DNA of 64,000 nt from positions 57,040,001-57,104,000 of the forward strand of contig NC_043001.1 of the NCBI RefSeq assembly GCF_006345805.1, given 5' to 3'. This DNA is from Octopus sinensis (Eukaryota). Of this stretch, positions 39,739 through 53,003 are shown in pieces. The notes beneath the pieces were generated by a model that saw only the letters and a list, made by a program, of their open reading frames with translations, made no database searches and was not told where the DNA came from. Position numbers and translations under genes: made by a program. Position 1 is the first letter of the stretch. The number at the start of each line of letters is the position of its first letter.

Positions 39739-41104
39739 ATGTGTGTGTGTGTGTGTGTGTAACATCAAAGAAGAACCTACATCTTATCCCTTTTACAATA
39801 CGTTGTATTCTTTCAGATGTTTAGTCATGGGAAAGACAATGATTGTGAGTCTTTGTAGAGCTTCTGAGACTAGTAGGGAAGGAAAGAAGAGCGCATTCTT
39901 AAATTGGAGACATTGCTCAAATGCTTGCTATAGGATGAACTCAAAGCCATCAGGAGGCAGTATTGAATCGAGAGACGAGTTAAAATCTACAAGCCATGTA
40001 AGCTAAGCTACAGCAGGATTCGAACTCATAATGAAAAGGTCCGAAACAAATACTCGACGCTTCCGGTCAAACTTTGTTATATTTCCGCCATGACACTTCT
40101 TTGGTACAGATTTTATCGGCCTCGTAGCGATGTATGGTAAAATTGATCTCCTCGAAATTTGAACTCATGTAGCGAAGAGCCGAAGCAAATACCGGGAAGT
40201 ATCATATCCATTGTACCGACTGATATGCGTTCCTCGAAATTGCTGGCATTGTGCCTGAATAAGGGACAACATTACGTTGCGACTAAGTGTATGTCCGTCT
40301 GTCTCCACACTTAATCCTGTCATACTCACTTATAAATTTAATCTTACAATCGGTTTAACGCGACGACTTGATCTCTGGATATTTTCAGCAGAATATATTC
40401 TCTTGCAAGAATTCGTCCTCCTGATTTTCAGTGCATCCGATGGCCTTGATAAATGTCCTGTTTGGTTCAGCCATAAAAAATCTTTAAAACAAAGAAATCT
40501 ATTAAGGTATGCCGCAAGAAGGCGAAGAAGGAAACAGTTTGGTCATGCAGTTTCGAATCCATGTTTAAAATATCTCACTTTGGAGAAAGTAACAATTCTG
40601 TAAGAGAAGTTTTGACAACTTCAAGAGAGTTCGAAACATATCAGCAATTTACCAGTAAACAAAACACTGACATGTAACCATATAATCATAAATTCTGTAA
40701 CATATAAATATAAGCAACTCAGTGTAGCTCCATAGAATAATAAAATGATTTTGTTAAAAATTGAGCAGTATATATCTAATACATACAAGAGAGACATACC
40801 ACAAATGGCTGTTTCATTTCTCAGACAATTTGAAAACAAGAAAAATATTCTACTATGTCGTCATCGCCATTACGTGTTTAATAAGATAAATTAAATCATT
40901 GCTTTTTTTATCTTTTAAACTATCAATTTTGAAATATTTCAAAATTAACGACAATATAAGCCATCAGACTACCGAATCTTTCTTTTTGAATGCTAACCAA
41001 CTCCAATCTAATTAATTTAAGTTAGTTTAAGTTAGACAACTTAGATTTCATGAAATTATATTTGGTTACAGTAGATAGATTCGATGAAGTTTTGTTAGCA
41101 TATA

Positions 41105-41280
41105 TTGGTTTCAAATTTTGGTCCAAGTCCAGCAGTTTTGTTGAAGGTGGGGCTAAATCAATGTAATCTATCCTAGCGCTGAACTGGTACTCGTTTTATC
41201 GACACTGAAGGGATGAAAGTCAACCTCGGCGGAATATGAACGAAGACGGTAACGACGGACGAAATACCGCTAAGCAGAGA
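41105..41280 (-). mobile_element. tRNA-derived SINE fragment
   Basis: Reverse complement of tgcttagcggtatttcgtccgtcg..ccgccgaggttgactttcatcccttcagtgtcgataaaacgagtaccagt, same family as 10331. Confidence 0.7.
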
Positions 41281-42333
41281 TACTAGGTGTAAAGGCTTTC
41301 TTGTTTTACGTATAAACCTCAACCGAGGCTCATTCTGTATAGAAAACCCTGGGATTCCAAGCGAAACCACAAAATTGCTTACACCTACAAGTTCATAACG
41401 TTGATTTCTTTAACAAGTAGAAGTTGAATATTGGGAATAATGGCAGAATTGAACTCCCTATATCGCTGGTGAAGAATGAGCAATGATGAAGAGCAAAAGC
41501 AGTTCTAGCTGTAATTGAACTCAATACAAAACCCTTTAGTTCGATAGGAATTAATATAGAAAATATAGTAAAAGAAACAAATGGATATTTCTGTCATTGA
41601 TAAGGTAAGAGGCAGTCAAGTTCTGATGTCAACATAACATACTATTTTCTTTAATTTTGGCCTTGTAATTATGTTAGAATTACGTTATCTTTGGTATTTA
41701 GTGATTTTTCTTTATACAAACTCAAAGCCAGCGATGGTCGAGTTCACGAATTATGCCCATGTCAATAATTAAACGGACATGTCTTTCCCACAAATTTTAT
41801 AATCTTGGGTAATCTAAAAACAAGTAACCCACCATTCCAAAGAACTTCATACATCACTAATTTATCAGCACCACTTTAAAAATTCCTTTTTTTCAAACCT
41901 CGGATCGGCATGTTAAAGAATAGATCCAACCTTTCCTCTACGTGTCTTACGTTTGTGGAATATTGAACAAAAAAGCCAGTAGAAAGTTAACACCGGTAAA
42001 CATTCTATCATTTCTTCAACATCTGTTTTCCATTTGCATTTGAAAAAATAGTCAAAGTTGCCTTTCTTCAATATTTGTTCTCCATTTGCATTGGAAAAGT
42101 TGCTTATATATAATTGTATTTGCAATCTTGGTCTATATTATTTAATGAAACGGACGTAAGTGAAGTGTTAATTTTCTGTTTTCAATTGTTTCTTGAAGCT
42201 ACGCAATGTAAGAAAATACAGAAGAAAAGCAATGCAGGTTAGCAGCACTAACGAAAACGATTAATTTGATAAAAAATTAGGTGACATTATAGTGTGTAAT
42301 CTATATTTTCTGTTAGACATAGTAGCAAGAGAA

Positions 42334-42561
42334 TACAGTAACCCCTTGACTATCACGGGTGTTACGTTCCCAATCCCTACGCGTTCGGTGAAAATCTGCG
42401 AAGTAGAAACAGTAATGTACTGTATATATATGTTAAATTACTTTTATAATTTGTATATATTCATTTTATTATAAATACAAAGCACCACCATGGAATAATC
42501 GACGTAAGCTTAAATAATAAACCGCGATAGGTGAACCGCGATATGACGAGGAATTACTATA
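42334..42561. mobile_element. Tigger/pogo-type MITE
   Basis: TA|CAGTAACCCCTTGACTATCACGG left end and CCGCGATATGACGAGGAATTACTA|TA right end form imperfect TIRs with the CAGT start typical of Tigger-like elements. Non-coding. Confidence 0.7.
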
Positions 42562-43348
42562 TTTTTAAAGTTATGCGTCGTGTGAAGAGTAACACTCTAG
42601 TACATGTATAATGTACAATGAAAGGGTTATACCGAAATTTAGGCAAAAATATGCAAAACTGTTGTATTATTGACACATGTAGTGTAAGCTCTACAGTCTA
42701 TCGCGTAACTCTATCTCTATAGAAAGGTATTACTCGACAGTGTCCGCATCTGAATCAATGCATTTCATTCAGCGATGAAAGCGACTTTCCAAAACTCTTT
42801 CATAAAATCTGATGTTTCGTTTCGTGTCGTCATGATTTTGCCACCCTTGTACACTTTATCAGCTGGATTTCGAAGAGCGCTAGATCTGTTATATACGATG
42901 GATGGGGATCAATGACCAGTCCAATTTTTGGCTATTGTTGCCAAAGTTGTATATTGTTTCACGTTATTGTGGAGAACGCGAACCGTTTCAACATCCTTCT
43001 TTATTCTCATTTTCTTCATGGCTTCGAAAATCCCCTCGTTTCTTTTTCTCCTCTCTCCCAAGTTTCGCTCATACGATGATGCAAACAGCAGTAAAGAGGC
43101 TGAGGTGCAGCTTGGAATAAACTTAAATTTTAATGTAATGTGTGTTTGTTATTTATAAAATATATTTATTAAAAGCTACGTTTACTTTTGTTAAAATGTA
43201 TTACGTAAAGGAGGAGTAAATCAAATAATAGGAAACGCTTGATATTGAAGAGATGTTGTCAGACAGTGACGTAGGTTATTTTTAGCCTTGGTGCTGATGA
43301 CATTGGTGGTCATAATAGGAAATGGAGAAAAATAAAGAGAGAGAATGA

Positions 43349-43393
<45 letters not shown>

Positions 43394-44351
43394 TGTGTGT
43401 GTGTGTGTGCAAGGACATTAGATAGAAGATTGTAAGGAATGAGGTCACTGTTACGTCACAGCATCTTTATTAACGCCATTCTGCCATTGTACATCCCATT
43501 TATTGAATAATCTGTTCAGCTATTGCGTCATCAATGGATATTTACCCGTAATGCCTTGAGTGGTTATTTTTCATGTGTAAATTTTTATCGTTTGATATAT
43601 ATATATATTGCAATAAGAATATAGAGAATTAGATAATTTCAATGTATAAATATCAATGCTTCGACATTTTCTTTCTCGTGCAATTATATAATTTTGGCTA
43701 TTTTCGAAGAATAGTTTATTTACGTTCTAGAGTGATTTGGCTTATCTTTATAATCCAATCCACTCGAATTGAGTTTCAAACTGTATTGTTTTACCGCATA
43801 AAAAAATAAGGAGATTCTCTAGATTTTTTAATGAATTTTGTGAACAATCTTGATGTTTCAGTTCTCAGCCTTCAATCAGATATGTCCTGATGCACGAAAA
43901 CATTATATTTTAAATCCGTGTGTATAAGATGATTTTTTAAATGATTTATCCTATATTGTATTACATTAATCAAATATATTTATTTTCCATGCATGTAATT
44001 CCTTTTGTAATTAATGTTCCAGTCTTTCATCACTTACATATTATATGTCATAATGCATGAAAAAGGAAAATATTAAAGTTTCGCTGTGCCAGCGAAAACA
44101 ATTCTACCAATAATACACATGAGAAACGTCACTGCCCAAATCTTATGTCAGTTGCTATCATGCTATAGTATGCTTCTTTATCACAGCAGTAATAATGTAA
44201 TTATTGAAATTCTAATACTGTACATAAATTGATAGGGTTCAGGCTTCAAAAGTTTGGCCGTGCACGTACATAACTGCAATTATTTTACAAGCTTGTACGT
44301 ATTTTCTCAATGCGTATTTGACGAATAGGTATGTTGCAGTATATCCACAAG

Positions 44352-44742
44352 CACTGGCAAGTTGTGGTTGAGAGGTAGGAAGATTGATTCTCACCCATAT
44401 AGTTCTGGGTTCAGTCCCACTGCGTGGCACTGCTGTCAAGCATCTTTTAATATATACCCAGGTCGACCAAAGCCTGGTGATTTGGCATTAGAAACAAGCC
44501 CGTCCAATAGGTACATGTGAGTGTATGTGTGCGTTTGTATCCGCTTGTTTGTCCCTATGACTACTTGGCAACCAGTGTTTGAATACGTAAGCTAGCGCTT
44601 CGGCAAAAAGTCCAATAAAATAAGTGCCTGGCTTTAAAAAAATGTACTGTTGTCGATTTGTTCAACTAAACCTTTAAAGGAGCTACCCCAGCATGGCCGC
44701 TGTCCAGTGACCGAAGTAAGTCAATGGTTAAAAGATAAAAGA
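44352..44742 (+). mobile_element. Full-length composite tRNA-derived SINE
   Basis: tRNA-like head with gggttcagtccc B-box, then cgaccaaagcc..aagcccgtc, an internal (TG) tract, the tail ..ccccagcatggccgc.., and a (TAAAAGA)n end. Confidence 0.7.
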
Positions 44743-45712
44743 TTCATACATAGACATATATGTGTATATGTGAGTGTGTGCGTACAAAGAGCTGTTTATG
44801 CCTGTTGACATATGCAACATCAGCGAAATCAAAGACGCTCCAACATTCGATTATGATATTCACATGTAGTCATGTTGATTTCATGATTAGAGAAGGCCTC
44901 AGTAGGGCAAAAGCTGCACTATCGCTGATTGAATGACACGCATTGCTCTACTGTTATCTTTACAGGCTCCAGAAGAATGCAAATTCTAAATGAGAAGGAT
45001 TGGAACGCAGAAGGTAGAGGTACAAAAATAAATAATCAAATAAATAAATGGAGATAAAAAGAAAAAAAATCATAATGTGCTGCCTTAGTGTTTTTCCCGA
45101 TTCACCCCCACACTGTTTAACAGCAGCAATTAGATAAAAATTAAAAGCAACAACAGCTCTGCGATAACATTAAGGCAACGTTATTAATAACAATGATAAC
45201 AGCAACAGCGACGATAATGACAATATTGACAATAGCTATAACAAGAGGTAGAGATGAAATTTCTAAATGTCTATTCCCACCTCATCTATACATTTTATTT
45301 TTATTTTATTTTATATTCCCTTGCGGATATCACTGCTCTGCGATGGACTGACTCATAATATCAACTGTAATTAGTCACAATAACAATTAGTTCATTATCG
45401 TCGCACGATAACTGTATTAGTCAACTGTTGAAATATTAGTGTTATTAAGTTTTCATGCTTGTTAATGTAATATTGCTTCTCCAAGCCATGCAAATTATTA
45501 ATTGATTTCCTCAGTATGGCAGTGTACAGGGCTTAATCATAATTAATTAAAATCAGCTGACATAATAATACAAAAGAAAACAAAATACGATGAACGATTA
45601 GAAAAATATGAAGCACAAACAACAAAATAAATAAACACAGAAATGTCTGTATGAATAAGTAAACAGATGAAAGTGTAAACAAAGCTAATGTGCGCATACA
45701 TGCATACATGTG

Positions 45713-45746
<34 letters not shown>

Positions 45747-45921
45747 ATATATAAGCATATAAACATGTGTGTCTATCTCCGTGTATGTATGTGTCTGTAG
45801 ATATATATGCTTGTGTATACACTATATATATATATATGCATGTATATATGTATGTATGTATATACATATGTATATGTATGTGTCTGTATAAATACAAGCA
45901 TGTGTATACACTGTATATATA

Positions 45922-45961
<40 letters not shown>

Positions 45962-46029
45962 ACGAATATACATGTATATATGTATGTATAGGGAGAGTTT
46001 ACGAAAAACGAAAGACGAAACAGGTATAT

Positions 46030-46073
<44 letters not shown>

Positions 46074-46612
46074 TGTATGTATATATGTGTGTGTATGTAT
46101 TTAAAAATTCCAATCAAATTAAAAAAATAACATTCTCATTGTTATTGCAATTCCGTAGAGATTTTTGGTTTACAATGTTGCATGAATATAAAAAAAAGAA
46201 AGAAAAATACTTCTTTGCCCAACAAGCAACAAAATAGTTTACTTTGTTCCAATTACAGCTGAGTGTTATAAGTACAGTCTTTAAAGTACTGGACAAAATT
46301 GATTACTGGTATTTCATTTCTTTCTGCATTCACTTTTTGCGTAAGCCAACAGGAATATTCATTCGTGTACGACAAACTTTGGTACTACTCAAATGCTTAG
46401 TTCTGTTTACTCGATTGTACCCTCAACCTTAAAAATTCATAGAGCCAGTCACCTTGGAATTTACCACGATTTAAAGAAAATGCAGCCATGCCCCATCTCC
46501 ATTACTTTTCAGTATCCCTGGCGTGGTGGGACAGAAATTCAACAGCTATTTCTAGTTCCCTTTAAGCTTTTTACTATTTTTTTATTTGTTGTGTATCGCT
46601 ATTTCGTTTCTG

Positions 46613-46979
46613 ATTTCTTTATTGCCCACAAGGGGCTAAACATACCGAAAGGATGAAAGGCAAAGTCGACTTCGGCAGAATTTGAACTCGGAACGTAACG
46701 CAGACGAAATACCGCTAAGCGTTTCGCCCGGCGTGCTAACGTTTCTTACTTTTTTACTGCCCACAAGTGGCTACACACAGAGGGGAAAAACAAGGACAGT
46801 CAAACGGATTAAGTCGATTATATCGGCCCCAGTGCGTATCTGGTACTTATTTAATCGACCCCGAAAGGATGAAAGGCAAAGTTGTCCTCGGCCGAATTTG
46901 AACTCAGAACGTAGCGGTAGACGAAATAACGCTAAGCATTTCACCCGGCTTGCTAACGTTTCTGCCAGCTCGCCGCCTT
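46613..46979 (-). mobile_element. Two tandem SINE copies (one full-length, one internally deleted)
   Basis: 46750-46979 is full length. 46613-46743 joins aggggctaaacata directly to ccgaaaggatg, deleting the centre. Confidence 0.8.
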
Positions 46980-49157
46980 CATCGCTATATTCTGTTGTTA
47001 CATCGTTTCTGATTGAGTAGGCACACAATCCAAGGTATTTCAGACGTAACTAGAATGTCTTTTCCTAGCCACACTACACACATGAACACATTATCTAATG
47101 TGATCTTCATTTCTATGACAGCAAAGCATAAATCTGGGGAATTTCGTTGCTACTTGTTGTAGGTCGAGCGGCCACCTAAAGTTTCCGTTTTTGCTTTTGC
47201 AGTATTTAATACTGGGTTGATTATATGCAATACTTACCATCCGTATAAATCATTAGTATTGTTCAAAAACTTTCGAACATATTTACTAACAAGTATATCC
47301 CCTCGGACTTGTCTTCCCGTTGGTTTTTCAGGAGCAATAAATTAAATACTAGTAAATTAGTTCGTCTGAAATTTCTAGCTTTATGGCATTAGTGTCGTAA
47401 TATGTGTTCTAGTCTTGTTCTAATAATGATCTTAACAATAAAACAAAAGCGAATGCATATTCGAAACCTTTGGTATAGAGAAACGATTTCATGTGCTTCG
47501 CGTTTACCAAAAATAACTATAGAACGAAAAGGAAGAAATAACCAAAACATGTAAAACAATGGAACAATATGAATATCTATATATTTATAAATCAAAATGG
47601 AACAGTTACAAAATGCGGAACATATGCGCACCCAGTTATTTTCTGTAACTATCGGTGTTATCTTTTATTAAACAATTTTGAACAGTTGCTAAGTAAATGG
47701 CTTATAGATTGTATTTTGCAGCAAAAAAAAACAAGAACAAAAGAAACAACAACTACAAAAATCAACAACATAAATGTTTCTTTCCTGGTATCTACCGTAG
47801 TATAGTTTGTTCTAACTGAACATCCATGCTTAAGTGGGAGATAAATATTACTTTTCGGCTTATAGAGGCTCAACGGCAATTAGGACATAGATTCGGTGAG
47901 TTAAGATGAAACACTGAGTGAAAACCAGCTCTGGAATCGATTAATATCAGCGAATATGAAGCTTGTCCTACTTATAATTATACACCAGCAGAGACAAGAA
48001 AGCTAAGGTTGCCTGTTCTCTCAACGGGGAATGTGTACCAAATTACCTGTGAATGTTAGTGGCGATATACCGGCTTTGTCTCACAACACTTTACCTTTAT
48101 AAATCCAGAGTTAATTCCAATCCACTCGAGACTTCGGAAGGATTCACATTTTTACATTAAAATTAACATGATCGTAATCATTAACAACCACACTTCACAC
48201 AAATAAAACTAATTATATGTAACGCCATCTGAATATATTTCTGTCATCACCTTTATCGCCATATTAGAACTACCATAACCAAATAAAAATTTATATATCA
48301 CTCTACCATTACACCATCACAACCACATCAATGGCAACAAGAGTTACAACAATTTGCACCAACAAGCAACATTAATGCCATCTCCTCTATATTCTTCAAT
48401 ACTAAACAGCATTAACAGCATCAGTACAAGCTGCTGTTACAAGCTTCATCCACAGCAACCCATCATCACTAATTATGCAATAACACTCAAATCAGCTGGA
48501 GAGAGAATCTTGCAGTTACTCAATATAACTGCCAAATCTTCTTCAAATTGTTCACGTTCATAAATAATAGTTTATACATCATAGTTAGTAAATTATAAAA
48601 CAGCGTGCCCTCATTAGAGGGTCGACTGACATGTTTATAGCTTATCTCGTCGCTAGTGATACATCATGTCTGTGTTCAGCACGCTTATCTCCAATATCTA
48701 AATGCATCACACTTTCCTTGAATAAATAAGGTAGATGATATAACTCACATATTAAGGTAGTGGCAATGCTACATTAAATTTCTTTTACAAGTAACATAAC
48801 TTGTGAATGAGAAATACTTTATGCAGGTTGACATATCTACCATTCGAATAAGAATGTGGTAAATAGAGATCTGGAATGCTCCGTCACAAGAAACGTATGC
48901 CCACAGTAGAAATGGTCGGATCACAGATACAGTACTAATCAAATACTAAAATCGACAAGCAGGACGTCACATAATTGCGCAACCATTTTGTTAGCTGTCT
49001 CATAAGTGCAATTAAAACGCTATTAATAGCGGCATTTTATCTCTTTAGCAAAATACACTTTTGTCGTATGAGGTGTCGTGTCTCGTCTCTATGATGTTTC
49101 GTTCTCTGCTCTACTTTTTCATCTAATTTATGGCTTTACAGTTATTTTCATATATAT

Positions 49158-49252
<95 letters not shown>

Positions 49253-49363
49253 TAATCCCCCCCACACAAAGAAAACGGAGAAAAACCAAGAAAAATACAA
49301 CAACACGTGGACGTGGTACACACAGAGTATTAATAGGACGCTCAGGAAAGGAAAGAAAGGCTG

Positions 49364-49396
49364 TTTTACGTTGCTAGCAAAGCACTTCTTCAGAAA
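49364..49396 (-). ncRNA. Degenerate hammerhead motif, paralog of 22729-22761
   Basis: uuu-CUGAAGA-A-GUG-cuuug-CUA-GCAAC-GUA-aaa. The flanks caacacgtggacgtgg..ggacgctcaggaaagg match 22660-22720. A13 is mutated to C. Confidence 0.4.
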
Positions 49397-49822
49397 TAGG
49401 AGACAGACGAAGGTACAAGAGAAAAAGAAGACAAAGGAAAAAATCGCCAACAATCTACATGCAGTTACAGTATATATATATATAATGTATATTTATATCT
49501 AACCCTGTTTTTTCTTGTACTTGTGCGTATGTAGACGTATGTATGAACTTTTACGGTGCGCGTGTGTGTGTATGAGTTTGTATATATATATATGCATATA
49601 CATTTGGCGAAAAATGCGAGTGAAGATATGTACGTTTTCATAGTAATGTATACGTACGCACGTGTGTACGTATGAACAGGTTTGCTTACGTGTTTACTAT
49701 GAACTTTTAACCTTATCTTAATTAGCGGTCATTCGAATTAGCGCTTTTGTATAAGTTGCGGTCTATAGCACAGTAATTTCCCTTTGTATAACGGTCTTTC
49801 TTCATAGGGTTTTCAGATGACC

Positions 49823-49885
49823 AGATAATCGAAGAGATGGTGGTGTGGATTTCCACCTCGGCATCCGAAACACAGAGTTTTATCT
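49823..49885 (+). ncRNA. Degenerate type I hammerhead candidate
   Basis: agauaa-UCGAAGA-GAUG..(GGUGG/CCACC inner helix)..CAUC-C-GAAAC-acaga-GUU-uuaucu: 6-bp stem I, non-canonical U3/C4. Confidence 0.35.
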
Positions 49886-49967
49886 TGACTACCGAATAAG
49901 TGTCAGATATTTTAAGAGATATTATATATAATATATATATATAATATATATATATTAATATATATAT

Positions 49968-51155
49968 AGGAGATAAATAAAAATATATGCATACATACAA
50001 ACATATATGTACGTACCTATCTACATGTATATATACATGCATATATAAATAATTATACGGAAGTACAGGACATCACAATAAGACGTAGAAACAGAAAAAG
50101 CCAAAAAAAAAAAAACAAGAAAACGGAAAACGAAAACCAAATACAGGACAGGTTACACAAGGACAAAACCCCCGTCATCAGCTGTCGCTAGAGGAGTCAG
50201 GCATGTTCGAAGGCATAACAGAACACTAATCCAATAGGCCTTCCTGCGAGAGAATTAAAATAAAATTTCAAGCAGCGGGGCACAATGAGTACGAACACAA
50301 ACAAGACGTAACAATAAGACTGCAAAATTAAAATACATGTACAAAAACAAACACAAGAGGACGAACGAAAAAGCCTTTTTTCTGGCATAGAAACAATAAA
50401 ACTGCAAAATAAAAATACATGTACAAAAAGTACAATTAGTTACAAACGAGAAAATAACAAGAATACTATACAGGAAATTAACCACACAAGGGGACGAACG
50501 AAGAAGCCTTTTTGCTGGCAAGACGAAAGTGTAGTAGCAGCGCGTGGAGGCAGTCTTTTCAATAGTGGTAACCACGTGTAAAGGAATTTTGTTTTATAGG
50601 CAAGGAAGAGGGAAGGAGGAGGGGGACACGCGGCGAAGAGAGAGGAGGAGGGGGAGGGAGAAAGATTGAAGAGGTAAAAGCAAAGGGAGAGAGTACCGCA
50701 TCTTCAATATAATAATATTAATATAAAAAAAGGGGACCAAGAAGTGGATCGAAACGACGAATCGGAACGAACCTGATGCGGGGCGCTGTCAGACAATAAG
50801 GAGATAAATAAAAATATATGCATACATACAAACATATATGTACGTACCTACATCTACATGTATATATACATGCATATATAAATAATTATACGGAAGTACA
50901 GGACATCACAATAAGACGTAGAAACAGAAAAAGCCAAAAAACAAAAAACAAGAAAACGGAAAACGAAAACCAAATACAGGACAGGTTACACAAGGACAAA
51001 ACCCCCGTCATCAGCTGTCGCTAGAGGAGTCAGGCATGTTTCGAAGGCATAACAGAACACTAATCCAATAGGCCTTCCTGCGAGAGAATTAAAATAAAAT
51101 TTCAAGCAGCGGGGCACAATGAGTACGAACACAAACAAGACGTAACAATAAGACT
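49968..51155. repeat. Direct repeat of ~355 bp with an 831-bp period
   Basis: 49968-50321 recurs almost identically at 50799-51155. The spacer has internal A-rich subrepeats and no supported ORF. Confidence 0.85.
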
Positions 51156-51234
51156 ATATATATATACATACATACACACACGTATATATACACATATATA
51201 GATATATATGCATATGTGTGTGTGTGTGTGTATA

Positions 51235-51440
51235 AGTCGGATAGCTGGCAGAATCGTTAACACTTTGTACGACGAGATACTTCTCAGCATTTCCTCTATC
51301 TTTACGCTCCGCAAATTCCGTCGACGTCGACTTTACTATTCCTCTTTAAGGGCTCGATAAAATAAGTGCCAGTTGAATACTCGGGTCGATGTAGTCGACT
51401 TATCCCAAATCACTGACCTTGTGCCAAAATCTGAAAAAAA
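51235..51440 (+). mobile_element. Diverged tRNA-derived SINE
   Basis: agctggcagaatcgttaacac head..caaattccgtcgacgtcgacttt..gataaaataagtgccagttg..gaccttgtgccaaaatctgaaa. Confidence 0.7.
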
Positions 51441-52032
51441 ATATATAAGTGCATATGTGTATATATCTGTGTTTATGTTCCTTAATGTTTTCCATTTTTC
51501 AGATATTTCATCTACGGAAAAGAAACCAGGTTTCAAGCCTAGGAATAAGACACTTTCATTGGAAATTAGGCAACATCAAAAAATACCCTGTAGTCTTCTT
51601 TGTATATATGAACTATATATGTAAATAAGTATGAACGCATGTAACATTATACATACGCATATGCACACACACACACACATGCGTGTGTGTAGGCACACAT
51701 ATACACCTACGCACGCGCACGCAACCACATATATATGTATGTATGCAAATAAAAGCGTATGTGAACATGCATATGTATATCTTATTTAGTGCTGAACTTA
51801 CTAGATTTTCTATGTTTTAGAAACGGTTGTGAAGATTTTCAAGTGTAGTATTGAGGCAGTTCAATATTCAAGAGCTCCGATAATTTTTGGTGCATATATA
51901 AGAGCTATAGAGGATATAGAGTAACTGCAGATTCTTGAGAGTTCGACATAGATGTTTTCTTTTCCACTAAACTTTAACATTATGTTGATATCTGTTACAG
52001 TTTATTTTCTCGGTCCCAGATTCTTATAGGAT

Positions 52033-53003
52033 AAGGCGGCGAACTGGCAGAAGCGTTAGCACGCCGGGCGAAATGCGTAGCCGTATTTCGTCTGCCGTTA
52101 CGCTCTGAGTTCAAATTCCGCCGAGGTCGACTTTTCCTTTCATCCTTTCGGGGTCAATTAAATAAGTACCAGTTACGCACTGGGGTCGATGTAATCGACT
52201 TGATCTATGTATCTGTCCTTGTTTGTCCCCTCTGTGTTTAGCCCCTTGTGGGTAGTAAAGAAATAGGCATTTCGTCTGTCGCTACGTTCTGAGTTCAAAT
52301 TCCGTCGAGGTTGACTTTGCCTTTCATCCTTTCAGGGTCGATTAAATAAATACTAGTTACGCGCTGGAGGCGATATAATCGACTTAATCCGTTTGTCTGT
52401 CATTGTTTGTCCCCTCTGTGTGTAGCCACTTGTGGGCTGTAAAGAAATAGGTATTTGTCTGCCATTACGTTGTGAGTTCAAATTCCGCCGAGGTCCACTT
52501 TGCCTTTCATCCTTTCGGGGTCGATAAATTAAGTACCAGTTACGCACTGGGATCGATGTTATCGACTTAACCCCCTTTGTCTGTCCTTGTTTGTCCCCTC
52601 TGTGTTTAGCCCCTTGTGGGTAGTAAAGAAATAGGTATTTCGTTTGTTGCAACGTTCTGAGTTCTAATTCCGCCGAGGTTGACTTTGCCTTTCATCCTTT
52701 CGGAGTCGATTAAATAAGTACTAGTTACGCGCTGGAGTCGATATAATCGACTTAATCCATTTGTCTGTCATGGTTTGTCCCCTCTGTGTGTAGCCACTTG
52801 TGAGCTGTAAAGAAATAGGCATTTGTCTGCCGTTACGTTGTGAGTTCAAATTCCGCCGAGGTTGACTTTGCCTTTCATCCTTTCGGGATCGATAAATTAA
52901 GTACCAGTTACGCACTGGGATCGATGTTATCGACTTAACCCCCTTTGTCTGTCCTTGTTTGTCCCCTCTATGTTTAGCCCCTTGTGGGCAATAAAGAAAT
53001 AAG
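52033..53003 (+). repeat. Tandem array of five SINE-derived units (~184 bp) with an AB-AB higher-order structure
   Basis: Unit ends (aagaaatagg) at 52267, 52451, 52635, 52819 and 53003. Only unit 1 has the 5' head. Units 2 and 4 share diagnostic variants, as do units 3 and 5. Confidence 0.92.

Noticed and set aside
42930-43110. Minus-strand LLLFASSYE..EAMKKMRIK as a hAT dimerisation-domain remnant
   Set aside because: The similarity rests on a few residues with wrong spacing, and no other hAT motifs or TIRs were found.
44966-45013. 48-nt candidate micro-exon (tttacag|..SRRMQILNEKDWNAE..|gtagag)
   Set aside because: The donor site is weak, there is no recognisable homology and no partner exons; it cannot be supported without transcript data.
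50165-50245. Hammerhead in the 831-bp repeat (minus-strand CUGAUGA plus GAA(A)CAUG)
   Set aside because: No NUH site or consistent stems I and III could be assigned in any topology.
52033-53003. CRISPR-like or tRNA gene array
   Set aside because: The units are whole 184-bp SINE bodies without unique spacers. The heads have A/B boxes but no complete cloverleaf, and the context is eukaryotic.
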